Below are positions 35,191 through 47,700 of a stretch of 64,000 nt of DNA, piece after piece. This stretch comes from Catajapyx aquilonaris (Eukaryota). Under the pieces are notes generated by a model, which worked only from the letters and a program-made list of their open reading frames with translations, was not told where the DNA came from and did no database searches. Within the stretch, counting starts at the first letter, position 1. Each line of letters opens with the position of its first letter. The stretch lies in NCBI GenBank assembly GCA_000934665.2, contig KZ538426.1, positions 1-64,000 of the forward strand, written 5' to 3'. The translations under genes were made by a program, and so were the position numbers.

Positions 35191-36342
35191 GAGCCATTCC
35201 GCATGTCAATCCTGTAAATGTGGTGGCTCGACCCCTTCCGTTGTCACTGAAAAAAAAAATCAGGCAAGTATAGGGATCCACACCTTATTGCGAAATCCTA
35301 AATTTGAGTCTATTAGAGTCAAATCTGAGATAAAGCAATGAAAAGTCGTTCAACAATGACGTGCATGTAAAGCCCGTATTTTTAACTGGTCAGACTGTTC
35401 TCCCAACACCAACATGTTATATATCAATGGAAGGTAATGAAGAGAGGAATAACATGGTTACAAAATATTCGACCTAACTCGAAAAACGACATTGAAAAGA
35501 ATTCGAAAAAATGTAATCACTCTATATTCCCGATAGCCATAAGTCATAAGTCATAACATTATGATTTTAACAAAGTTATATTTGGGATATAGGGAAATCA
35601 CCGTTGCCTATATGCATATGCAAAACTTCGTTGTGATAGCAGATAGGTCATACAGGGTTGGAAATTTTAAAAATCCCGAAAATATTAATCACCGCATGTC
35701 TCCGATTTTGGAGCTCAAATTTCTCGAGGTGGGGCTGAACCAATTATGACTTTTGGTATATGTCAATACTCAATAGATTCCTTGGATCATCCCCTATTCA
35801 GAAATGCATAAGCCATTCTTCGGTGAATTTTCAAACGCATGGGCGCATAATGTGGTGCACGGAATCATTGCCATCGTATAAACATGGAAATGACGTTTTG
35901 CATGTGCATTTAGGCAACGGTGATTGCCCTATATCCTAAATATTACTTTGTTAAAATCACAATGTTATGAGTTACGGCTATCGGGAATATAGAGTGATTT
36001 ACCGCACATATATTTGCGAATTCTTTTCAATGTCGTTTTTCGAGTTAGGTCGAATATTTTGTAACCCATGTTATTCCTCTCTGATTTACCTTCCATTATT
36101 TTGATATATAACATGTTGGTGTTGGGAGAATAGTCTGGAACAGTTAAAAATATACTTTACATGCACGTCATTGTTGAACTTTCCATTGTTATATATCCGT
36201 GGGATTTTACTCCAGCGGCCTCAAATGAAGGATTTCGCAATAAGGTGTGGATCCCTATACCTACCTGATTTTTTTCAGTTATATCGGAAGGGGTCGAGCC
36301 ACAACTCTTCAGAAAATTTGCAGAATTGAGATGGAATGACCC
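35191..36342. mobile_element. 1152-bp non-autonomous DNA transposon (foldback-like) with ~440-bp imperfect TIRs and Sola-like termini
   Basis: Arms ~35191-35632 and ~35889-36342 are reverse complements, e.g. GTATAGGGATCCACACCTTATTGCGAAATCC and GTTACAAAATATTCGACCTAACTCGAAAAACGACATTGAAAAGAATTCG, each mirrored. The ends are GAGCCATTCC...GGAATGACCC and the flanks are AACT/TACT (3/4 match to a 4-bp TSD). No transposase ORF is present. Confidence 0.88.
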
Positions 36343-37582
36343 TACTAAGCAATGGTCATTCCACTACTTCGCGACGTTTTTCTGAACTCTAGTTATCCTA
36401 TCATGACTAATCTTGATTGCCAAAATAAGTGAGGGGTCTGACATTGGTGACTTTCCTCCAATATATTTTTGTACAATATTTTCTACTTTAAAGAGAGAGG
36501 TCCATGAAGGCATTAATTTGACTCCATAGACATCATCATGCTGTGTATAGTGTTATTGGTAATGGGTGTGTTATACTAGGGGCACATGCCTCACCTTCAC
36601 TTTACAGCGTGACTTCCAGCAACACAAGAAGAAAATGTGCTAATCGTTGATTCCCACAAGTTGAGCAAAACTACAAACAAATTGCATTTGGTAATCTGGC
36701 CATAATCACGGAAGAAGGCCATATCAAAACAATTTGACATATTTAGGACATGCCTATTTAAGTCCCAGCAAGCCTTTTTCCGAAGGGCGGCGGCAGTGTC
36801 CAGAAATCTCGAAGTTCCTCCAGCTGAATGGACTATAACTGTCACTGCCTCGCAATGTTTCTTCTGACCTAGCATATACGTATACATAATACACTGACCA
36901 CCAGCATGAAAAAGTTTTTCTGTGTTGTTTCTCTCTTCCTGAACCACCAAAACTGCTGTGAGTGTTATAAAAATATAATATACCGTACCAGAACTGTATT
37001 GTGCCAGTTTTGTTGCACCTCAGGCTGACACTACTTTTTTCGACTTGTGCGTGTTGCCATCAGCATATGTTCCCGGGAAACAGGTCAGACTCATGACGGC
37101 CGAAGAATAATGCATTAACTCTCAGGTACTTCATATCGTGATGGTTATTCAAGCAAACTGCAGTATAGACACACAATCATATGGATATACTACACTTCAC
37201 ACATTTTAATTCAAAGATTAAGATTTCCAAGTAATTGAAAATATATCCTCAGTGACTATAGATATAGTATTTTCTAGAAATATTACCGCATAAGTACATT
37301 TGGTATTCGAGCTGCTTACTCTGAAATATTTCGTACAGAACAACCTCACTCATAGGTTTTTGACACAAAATATATTGTAACGATTATAAAATGCAAAGAA
37401 ACGCAGATGATGGAGCCAAGTCATTCGGCAAATCCATTCAAATTTTAAACATTTTATATGTAACTCCACAAAGCTTGTGGCTGATCACAGCATATTTTAG
37501 TTAACTTATATTATCCTTACATAGTAATTCGGTATAAAACTTATTGTAAAGTTGTACAATATATCCTTATTACAAATACGAA

Positions 37583-37621
37583 CATCTACTGCAAGAGAGC
37601 ATCTATACTGCAAGAGAGCAT
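37583..37621. repeat. Short tandem duplication
   Basis: CATCTACTGCAAGAGAG followed by CATCTATACTGCAAGAGAG. Confidence 0.8.
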
Positions 37622-38687
37622 ATTATTATTCATAAAACTTATACTGAAAGCCGGAAGGCTCAGATAAGTTGAATGATGAAGGTAATTATTTGTGGTGACT
37701 GGTAGCAACGCAGAATAAAGATGCCGCCATGTCGGGACATTCCAACAAACTAACAGTCAGTGCGGCTAACTCTGAAAGAAATGTGCGTGTACACCTGGCC
37801 CTCACTATTAATTAGTCTACACTCCTTGACGGAAGCGACGTTTTTTTGTCCATGTTCAAACACCGGTCAACATTTTGGACTACTGGAGGGCGCGTTCGTT
37901 CAAAAGTATACACATCGAAGATTCATTCATATTGGATCACCGTTGCAGCAACATTGCTGAGAGGCCCGTAGCTTGGAAGCCACTGTATGCAGGGGTAGTT
38001 AGTACAGTGTGATCCAGCGAGGTGGGTGTGGGTATGGGAATCAGAAGGCTAGCCAGGCGAGGCTCCTCCTGCATTGTTCATGTCTGCGTTCTCATAATTA
38101 TTTGCATATTGTTCAGTCATGTGGGTTGGTGGTGAGCAGCCGACCGTAGCGACACGGCCGCATTGAATAATGCACTCGGCACTGCTGCAGCAGCCACTGC
38201 TGGACCAACCCCCAGCACCCTTCAAAATTCATACCCATACCACCCTAACCCCCTATGTTGTTTCTAAGGCCCACGTGTTTCCCCGTGTTTGTGCCACTGC
38301 CCAAATATCTCAGGGCAACGTATACGCACCACATGGAAAAACCTGCCTGCACGACTTTGCCTCAATGCACCAAGCATGATATGTGGTTGTCAATACATAT
38401 TCGCCTCCACCGCGAGACGGTGTCAAATTCACGAGTCCCATGGGCTTCTACTACAATATTGGCTGTAAATCTCCGGAGAACACCTGAAATATTTCCTTCA
38501 TACTGTTGGATGGACCCGTCCCCAGCACTGTGCATGCAGATTTGTTATTATTAAATCAGAAAAGCATTGGATTCCTTGCTCCGGTATGTTAATGCTATTT
38601 GTTCACGGCTCGTCACAACGCACCGCGACGTTAAAATATGCACATGAGAAGGGACTAATAAGACCCAACTCATTATGCAGTATTAAA

Positions 38688-38689
<2 letters not shown>

Positions 38690-38727
<38 letters not shown>
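38690..38727. repeat. (AG)19 microsatellite
   Basis: Uninterrupted AG dinucleotide run. Confidence 0.97.
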
Positions 38728-38729
<2 letters not shown>

Positions 38730-41700
38730 CCGTTGATATAGATTAAAACACCCAGAGTTTCAACTGAGCATATGGGTCCAAATTATGCGGCTCAGAGGCA
38801 GCCATCATGTCCGAAAAATGGTACCGTGCAGAGGTACAGTATAGAGTTATGCAAAGCCATATACGACACTGAAGGATTCAGCAGCCAGGCCTAGTCGCCA
38901 TCTTAGTGGTTGGCAGTTGGAGCATCCGCCTGGGGAAGCAGCATCGATTAGTGGCTAAGAAGAGAGCAGCACGAGCCCGCCTGCATTAGTGGAGGCAGAA
39001 CGGCCGCCATTATCATAATTAAGTTTGGATAATGCTGGATCTTGAGAAGCAGTTGTGAGTTGGGGCGGCGAGATAGGCCCCGGGATAATGCAACGCCGAG
39101 ACAAGGGGAAGAAGAGGTATATAAGGAGCTTCCCCCTATATATCCTCATGCTTTGTCTTGCTGATGGCAAGCAAGGTTGACCTACCTAGGAGGGGATCGC
39201 CATCGCCCCTTCATTATGCACTGCTTGCCTTCCAACAACACTTCTAACTGCGGCTAATAACGTCCTTAGACCATCATGCAATCAGGCCTGGTCCTATACC
39301 CACAGCGAACTTCTCAAAGTTTGATGGCTCTCAAGTTTCTCTATTAGGATGGAAACTAATGGCTACACCCGATGTGATCTTATGTATACTTGCATTAACT
39401 CGAATGATATTATAGTTTCTAGCGGGCATATTTATTGCTTTGCGAAATGGTGCGTGTTTCTGGAAGTTCACTTCTGAATGTGAATGAGCTGGAGGCGTTT
39501 GGCATATGTTCCGTACGTTGTACGTTAGCGTATTTTTACAATTTTAAGCTGCTGAGCCTGCGAGCTAATTTTGTAGGTAACAGTTTTCTTTACGAATTTC
39601 GATATAACTACAATTAGCGTGTTTGTTCCAATTTGTGATCTGGCTCAATTGGGACCGTTCAAACGGTCCTTAAAACTTGAGGCCTGTCATAACAACCTAT
39701 ATACACCGGACTTATATATTTCAAACCTACACTTCCCATCTCTAAAGGGAGGAAAGAGAGGGGGAAAAAGTTTGAAAGCGCGCAAAAGTTTGAACGGAGT
39801 AGGGGAGGGGAGGGGGGGGGGGGACAAAAACCGTCTTCTATTAATTTCGGCTTAGCCTCAGGAACCGTTCCTCATCAAAAATCCCTCCCCGAAATTGATA
39901 GGTTAGCATTTACCTGCTGGGTTTTGGAGGGTTAATCCCCAAAATTCTTGGGAAAGTTTGTATTTCAAGGGAAAACTCTGTAATCTACAAGCGTAGCAGA
40001 ACCCCTCGTATCGAATTAATTTAATATACTCTCCGCACAATTTTTTTTTTTCACTAAAAGTATAAAAAAAGCGACGTGGGAAGTTTGGTGAAAGAAAATC
40101 AAAAAAAAGCGGAGGTTGATTTGTAACGCTTTTTTGAACGCCTGGTTGAATTTCCGGGCAAAACTTTATCCAGCTTCCTATTCTTCGAGTTTGAAAAATT
40201 TATGAAAAATGGCTACTTTTTTCCCAGGTGAAATAAGATTGGAGAGAATATTCTCATGTAGCTGTTACATATATAAGGTTTTGTTAGTCAGCGCCTTTCC
40301 TTCGCTCGTATGTCCTCAGGCACTTTCTAATGCCTTTCCTCAACTCGGGCCCAAACTTTGGAGTCAGACAGTTGGTGTCGAGTCCTCCGCAACACAGGCA
40401 CAAACTCGATGAAATTTTGTCAATAAATCTGCGCGGCGTATACTGTAACTATGGTGAAACTTATGCAGCAGGGTGGGGAAAAACATGGGTGCAAAATCGA
40501 GTATAGGGGTGGTGGAAGGACAGTCTGGAAAATAGAGTGACAAATTGGGAGGGCTGCGACATAGTGTGTCCCCGAGGGCCAGTTCCCCAAGCGTGTCAAA
40601 TGAGCCGCGGCCACAAGTGCAGAAGGGGAGCCAACCAGGCATGAAACGCGACAATTTGTCCCATTGGGAGGGGGACTTCGGTCCGAGGGGGACTTCGGTG
40701 CCCAACATCCCTCTTCCTAGACCCAATCGAGCGGATATTAAATCAACTTTGCGGACCCCCCACGATTATACGCCCCCGTGAAACAAATTTGCGGTATACA
40801 GTATAACTCGTCGCGGAAAGGGTTTGGGGAGGTTGAAAAAAGTTTAAAATTGCTAATTATTAGGTACTAATCAAAATGTGATTGCTAGCCTCCTTCTAAG
40901 CTGCTCAGGTTCGCCCGTATACGCCATCTAGTGAATACAAGGGTTGTCACACCCTTTATTAACTTAAAAATTTCGATAGTACGTGTATGTTTCCACGTTT
41001 TTTACTTTTTCACACGATCACCAGCCCACCTTTTTCTGATTTCTTTCTTGGGCCCTCCTTGAGACACCAAACAAGCAGTTTGCGTGAGTACAAAGACCTG
41101 GCAGGAATTTCCTTGCCCCATCTCACAGGGCGCATACTTTACCCTCAGCCTAATTGTACCTCTGTCCCAATGACACATAATCAACCTATCCTAATCATAA
41201 GGGGCAAAACGAAGGGATTAAGGGATAGTCGTGTTCAAAATCGAGTCCACCGTTTTTTTCCCCCCCATTGCTGTTTTATCGCCAGGTTGATGTCGGTGGT
41301 TCCCACGCTTCAGCTGCCATGTGAGGTAGATTTGACAGGGTTTGGATGTGATGGGACTTTAGGTCTGGGGGATGAAGGTAAACAAGCCGGGTATATAGCA
41401 AAGGGCCTACTGCTGCTGGATGGGACGATGTCAATGCGACGCATTGCGTTTGAACAACTCAGCTCGGTTCTATTCCGGGGGGCTGATTTTGTGCTCAGGG
41501 ATTCACCTCTTACTAATCAGACCCAAGTTTACTAAACTGTAGGCAATCAACTCGGAGGTAATAACACGGGACACCCTGGTCTGAATGTGTACAAAACGCG
41601 ACTGGGACCTCAGATAGGTTCGGAAAACGCGGCGGTTTGTTTAGCAGCTTTTATTTTAACTAAACAATTGGCGGCGGGACTATTATTATTGTCGTACTGA

Positions 41701-44700
41701 ACTTTCCAACAAGTGGAATTGATAGCCGCCTAGGGCGCCTACCGCTTTGTTGAAAATCATCAGATCGTGCAATATTTACTGATTAACAAATTAATTACAA
41801 CGTTGAATCATAATTGAACAATTCATGCCTGTCCAGACCAAGTGCATGCAGGATATGGATAGCTTTTCTCCCCCCCATCGCATTTTGACGACTAATTATT
41901 TGAAATCAATCCTCCCCCCTTGTCATATTTTTTTGTCCGGGTGTGTACCACACGGGTGTTATCAGCGCCCAGAGACACACATGGTCATCAGTGGGCGACA
42001 AAAAGTAGGCTGCGATTTGCCCAATGAGCCTATTACCCCCGGCGAATGATACACCAGCAGGGGGACCATTACGCCAGGTCAAAGGTGAATCCCGTGCTTC
42101 TTTTTTCGCCATCTTGCTGCTCAGGCGGCCATCATGATGTGGAGGACCGGACTTCTTTTGTGCCTCGGATGGCCTTGTGTGATACCAACTACTTGTGTGC
42201 ACTAACCTGTTTAGCTACTCTTTTTTTACATCTAAAAGGGTGGAATTAAGAGGAGGAGCATTTATTTCAAGCTCCTCCTTCGACCAGCACCCATGACCAC
42301 ATGCTACCCACACGCGTCCATTTGCTTAACATTTTAGCAAAAATTTTTGCGATGGAGACGCCCAAGATTGGCATGCACATTCTTTTGAAATAATTGCCAG
42401 ATTTCAAACTTTCAGTGCCGGAAGGTCAATCGGATTTTCCGTAAAAGAACTGTCACATTTTCAACTAACTCCCAGAGCTGGTGGTGCAGAAAATAGCGCG
42501 CAAATAAGCTATGATTAAAACTAAACATATTAAAATGCACAAGCGGATAAATATTTGCGTGTATTTGCACATGTGCGTTGCATGCTGTTTATTGTGCTTC
42601 CGTACACACGTGCATGTATTTATTCACAGCCCACGTGCAAATATCAATATGGTACAATTTTAATGTCCATCACCTTTATGTTATTATTTTAATGCCACGC
42701 ACCCAGTCATGAGTGAGCATTATTTGCCCATTTGGATCCCGTTCAATTATTCAGTCCCAACCATGCAACTATTATGAAGCGTGATTGGAATCTTGGAATT
42801 TGTGGCATTTAATTTACATTAGTTACAGTCCTGCAACTTCAATGTAGTGTGAAAATTTGCACTATTTTGAATGGGTACCAGTGCTAAATTTTTAAAGAAC
42901 CGGCACCAAGCTGCGTGTAAAATGGTGCGAAAAGCTCGACTTTTACAGAAATATTTTGGTATACCTTCGTCCCCCTTAACAATCAGGTGTTTTAAAAGAG
43001 GATAAAAGGTTGCCGAAACATGGCGTGACTTCTTCCCTTTTATTTACCCGATCTGTTCTGATAATCTTGAAGTTACATCAACATATCCGGGATGTCGATC
43101 TTGGGATAAGCCCAACGAACATGTTCATTACCATGTTGATATAGACAGATTTATTTTAACATTATTGTTACTGTCCCAAAATATTAGCCAATTTTTTTTA
43201 CTAATTATTTACACCTAGTATGAATTTTGAAACATCTAACTAGTTTCTATCGCGAATCCCACCACAATTTACCGTGTCCTATCTCCCCCCCCCCCCAAAA
43301 AAAAAACAGCTTGACCAATATCAAGTCCAGTATGAAATTTGTGGTCTCCATCTCCATTTCCGATCTTGACACGAGCATCTCGGGGGCAATTGCATCTACA
43401 AAGTGGTCTAAAAGAAGCAGCTGTTTTTTTTAAAAGCGTGCCCATACCTTGGCTCTTGCGGTGGCAATGATAACCTAATACAAATGGCAATTAGAAGTGG
43501 GCAAATGGCCAGTGGGGTAGGAGGGAAAGGCAAAAAGCTGGGCCTCTGACCGCATATATATCTGGCACGTATTCTCCTGCAGGCCTCTCAAAAGGCTCCC
43601 CCAGTGCCAATTCCACACAATAACTGTGAAGTTGCTCGGGGACACGCAGGATTTCCCCCCTGTACCTACCATCACTGATAATGGCTCATCTTTTACAGGG
43701 ACAGGGGGGAGTGGATGCAGTTGGATTATTATTACGTGTATAGGACTACACAATCCACGTTTTTTTTGCAGTGTGTGTGTGCGAAATCACTCCCCTTTTC
43801 CTCCCATCCACCCCCCATTTTTTCGCATTATTGTGTGGTCAGTTTAGGCAAGCTTCAACCTTGCTAGCTCCAACCCACCCTTTTTTTGTAAAAAAAAAAA
43901 TGGGTCCCAAATCTCTTTGTGCTTGAATATTATCCTAATGGACTTATTGATCAATGTAATAATCAGTGCTCACGACGCGTGCTAGCCGACAAAAACAGAA
44001 TTTGCGATCCCAACAGTTTGGAGCAGCAACTCACAAAAATTTGCAATTCATGAAAAAAAAAACCGGGACGTTTTTTATGTTAATTTTTTTAGCTCATATG
44101 TGACGGACCTAGGGGTAGATTTCATGTCAGAATGAATCTCATATTATTACAGATTTCTTTCTACCCGAATTAGAAGTGCAAACGTAGGTTTAATTATTAT
44201 TCTTTCCTAGAAGTTTCACCGCTATTAATAATGAAGTTATGCTTACATTGCAGGAATGTACTGAAGCGTGCGTTCATATATTTGATTTAAGTACGCATAT
44301 TCTAGCACTAGAAAATTCTTGTACGTTGGCAAGTATCGTACAGGTACCGGCGAGAGAAAGTGATTTACCGCGTGATTGCGTGGAATAATTAGAGTGCGAG
44401 GGGCAGAGTCAAACAGACCGAATCGTTGGTGGGGTGTAGTTAGCATGGTGCAAGCAAAATCCCCCCCCCCCCCGAATCACTTTAGCATGCTATAGTCTGG
44501 TTGGTGCAATCAAAAGACCCAGGCAACTCAGGCAAGACTCCACAGGAAATTGGAAATGGTGTGGGTGATGCCTGCCCAAGCCTTCACTATATTGGGTGGG
44601 GAAAGCCCCGGATTGTTTGCCGCCAACTGCCGACAAATACTTGGCCGATCGATCCCAAGACACGGGGTTGCACATATTACATATATCTACGTCAATAATG

Positions 44701-47700
44701 CTGATCAGTTGGTGACAGCGGCTTTTGCCAAGTCGGAGTAGCGGTAATTAAAACGTCAAATGCACGATTCGCATCCAATATATGAATCTGGTTTTTTTTT
44801 ATACCGCATATACTGTGCTGTCAGGCGCGTTCGGATAATATAGTTTAATGATTAGGTATCCCTTCACATGGATGCCGCAGCAGCACTGTTGGCCCTTCCT
44901 CCTATCATCCTTTTGGACTGGGGCCGATGGGAATTTCACGGCGAATAGAGCGTCAAATCAGATTTGCACCAGCGGGATGACTGCTGATGCTGTGACGCTC
45001 CGGAAAAGAAAAAGGGGTGACATCTTTTTTGCCTTTAAATTATATCACTTTAACTTTTAAGAGCGAAAAAAAGCATATACATATTTCCACCCCATGTTTT
45101 AATCCCCACTCTCGGTGATTGCAATGTTGGCATTTGCTGATACCCTCTCAAACCGGATCTATTCAGAAAACTATTTTGTGTTGGTGGCTATATGACACGC
45201 GACTTGAGTGGTAAGAACAAAAGCGACAACGACATATTATCCTACCTTTTTTTTATATATATAAAAAATGAGGGAGCTTTTAATAAGCTCTCGTCCTCTC
45301 TAGCAACAAGCAAGCCTTGTTGGGGGGGATTACATTTCTGGTGGGGGGGGCCTTATAATCCGCTAATGGAGTGGCGTCTCCCTGAATGTCGACCGGTGAT
45401 GAAGAAGGTGGCTTTTGTGTCGCGGCGAGATGCGTCCGACGCTTTCGAGTGCCTCTCGGTGTATATAAACCCCCACCAACAAGGGGTATTGTTTTCAGAG
45501 CCAGCCTCATTCTTGGCAACAAACAATGCCTGTCTAGAAGAGTGGGCATTGTGGGAGGAACACGTTTTGTCGAGCTTTTCAAACATGGGGGGATATCAGT
45601 TTTGAAAATCAAAACTCGTGTACCTCATTGTTGTTATCAATCATCTGCAGGGTTATGTAATTGCATGCAAATTAACTTTAAAAGAATTTGAAGAAACTGC
45701 AATATTTTAAATATTTAAATTTGCATATAACACACCCCAACAATAAGGGCATGGAATTACAATAACGTAGCCGGTTTCCTTGATTACTTTGGCGCATATA
45801 GTTCTAGGACAGGTATCGTACAGTTACCTTCGGTGTGTCTGATGCAGCTTCTATTATAGTTGCAGTTGTAAGCGAAGAAGCAGAGGGCTGGTGGTGAGCT
45901 GAGAGGAGGAGGGGGTTTGGGTTGTGTGTAGGGTGGCAGGGAGGGAGGTTAGGGCAGAGAGAGAGGGATAGAAACAGAGATCATATTGAAAAGGGGGCAG
46001 AGAGCAGAAAGGGATCCCATACAGATTTTTATAATGGGAGTCTGCAGAGCCCGCGGCCATGGTGCTTGAGAGCCTTCTGAAAACAGTGATATTCAATTCG
46101 GGGAGATGGGAAAAGGGGGTTTATGGAGAGGGGGGCGAATAGGGGGGAGGAGGAGGGGGGGGGGCAATTAGCCTCGACCGATGAGGCCCCGGCCCCGGGG
46201 GCAAAGAGAGGGCAGAGCTGGGCTGGGCTGGGGCACCGAAGTAGAGTAGACGAGGGTGAAGAGAAGCTGACTCAGCTGCTCCATTTTTATTGGTAAAAGA
46301 GGAATGAGCGATTCGACGCAATATCTTCGGAAATGGATCCGACCACAACCCGCACAGGCCACCGTGTTTTATGTTTTTTTCCAAAGATTTATTGCCGGAT
46401 AATTAGAATTTTAATGTGCCGTCTGGTGGATACCCCTCCAGACAGAAACTTATACATGGAACTGCGATGGGATGGTAGTTTTTTTTTCAAAAAAAATATG
46501 GTTAATGAGCTTAAAATTACGAGTCGGATTGCTTCTATACAAGTTGACGCAAATTATACGTTACATTTTCCACATTAGTATGGATAGCGTTAAATTGCTT
46601 TTTTTTTGGAATGCAAATAGAAAGGCACCGCTTGCACCTATAGTTTTTGGGCCAGAATTTTCATTACCTGAAATCGTAAAAAAGTGGAGTGTAATATTGG
46701 ATTGGTTGGGCCAATGTATCTGAAGCTATTGGTCTTTTTGGAGGTTTCCAAATCGCGACTTGTTTCTGGGCGGAAGAAGAGGAGTGGTAATTGGCGAGGT
46801 CTGAGGTGAGTTTGCCCATTCCAGTCGGACACTAATGAGCAAACTGCCTTTCTCATTATGGCGGTGGAAATGAGGCTTGATGCGGCGGCGGTGAAGGTTG
46901 GGTTGAAGGGAAAGGTCGAAGTACAAGATGGCTTCTGGAGGTGGGGGACATTGCTTAAATGAAAAGAGATGCGCTTCATTACAGTGACGTAAGGCACAAA
47001 ATATTTCTATGCTGTAAGCGCAGTGAGGTCATTTTTGTTCGCTCGAGTTGAGGCTAACCGAGCGTCAAATTGACCATGAGAGCTCAAATTGTGTGGTGAA
47101 GGACTCTTCGGCCCGCTTCGGCCACTTAAAATATTTACATCATATATGTTCTACTTAAAAGCCAATTGCAGGTACCGCTTTTATATGCGCAGTAATTAGA
47201 ACCGGAATTGAAATCAAATTAATTATTATCAATACATTATAATTTCAGCGTAGAAAAACAGCGTACATAATTAGTATATTTCCTATTAATATTATCATCT
47301 GGTTTTGACGGTCTCATTTACAGAAGGTACCGTTATATTCCTGCGATACAATGCACCATTCCGTATCTCATAAACGCAACGGATCCTGCTTCTTTTTCAC
47401 CCCTACCTTTTCCTTTATTGCACCTGTCACCAGTTGAGCACCTGTTGGAAGACAACTTGACCTTGCCCGATCCTGGAGGCGAGGTTGTTTCTTACAAAGT
47501 GACCGCACGTGACGTCACAGCCAGCCTTTCATAACTCACCAGCAAGTCACGTCCCCCCTTTTCTTTCTGGGGGGTCCATGCAACCCCATCCTCAAAATGT
47601 GGCCTGAGGAACTTTTTCAGGTTGACGGCTTGCTATATGGGGATTCATTCCTATACCTGGGCCCTTGTGACAGATGCAATCTGGAAGTGGAAATCACAGC

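Noticed and set aside
40987..41535. 182-aa ORF
   Set aside because: No motifs and no exon-like boundaries.
47030..47440. Partial resemblance to miR-375 (TTTGTTCG, ~47034) and miR-92 (TATTGCAC, ~47417) seeds
   Set aside because: Only seed-length matches; the mature sequence and precursor hairpins do not fit.
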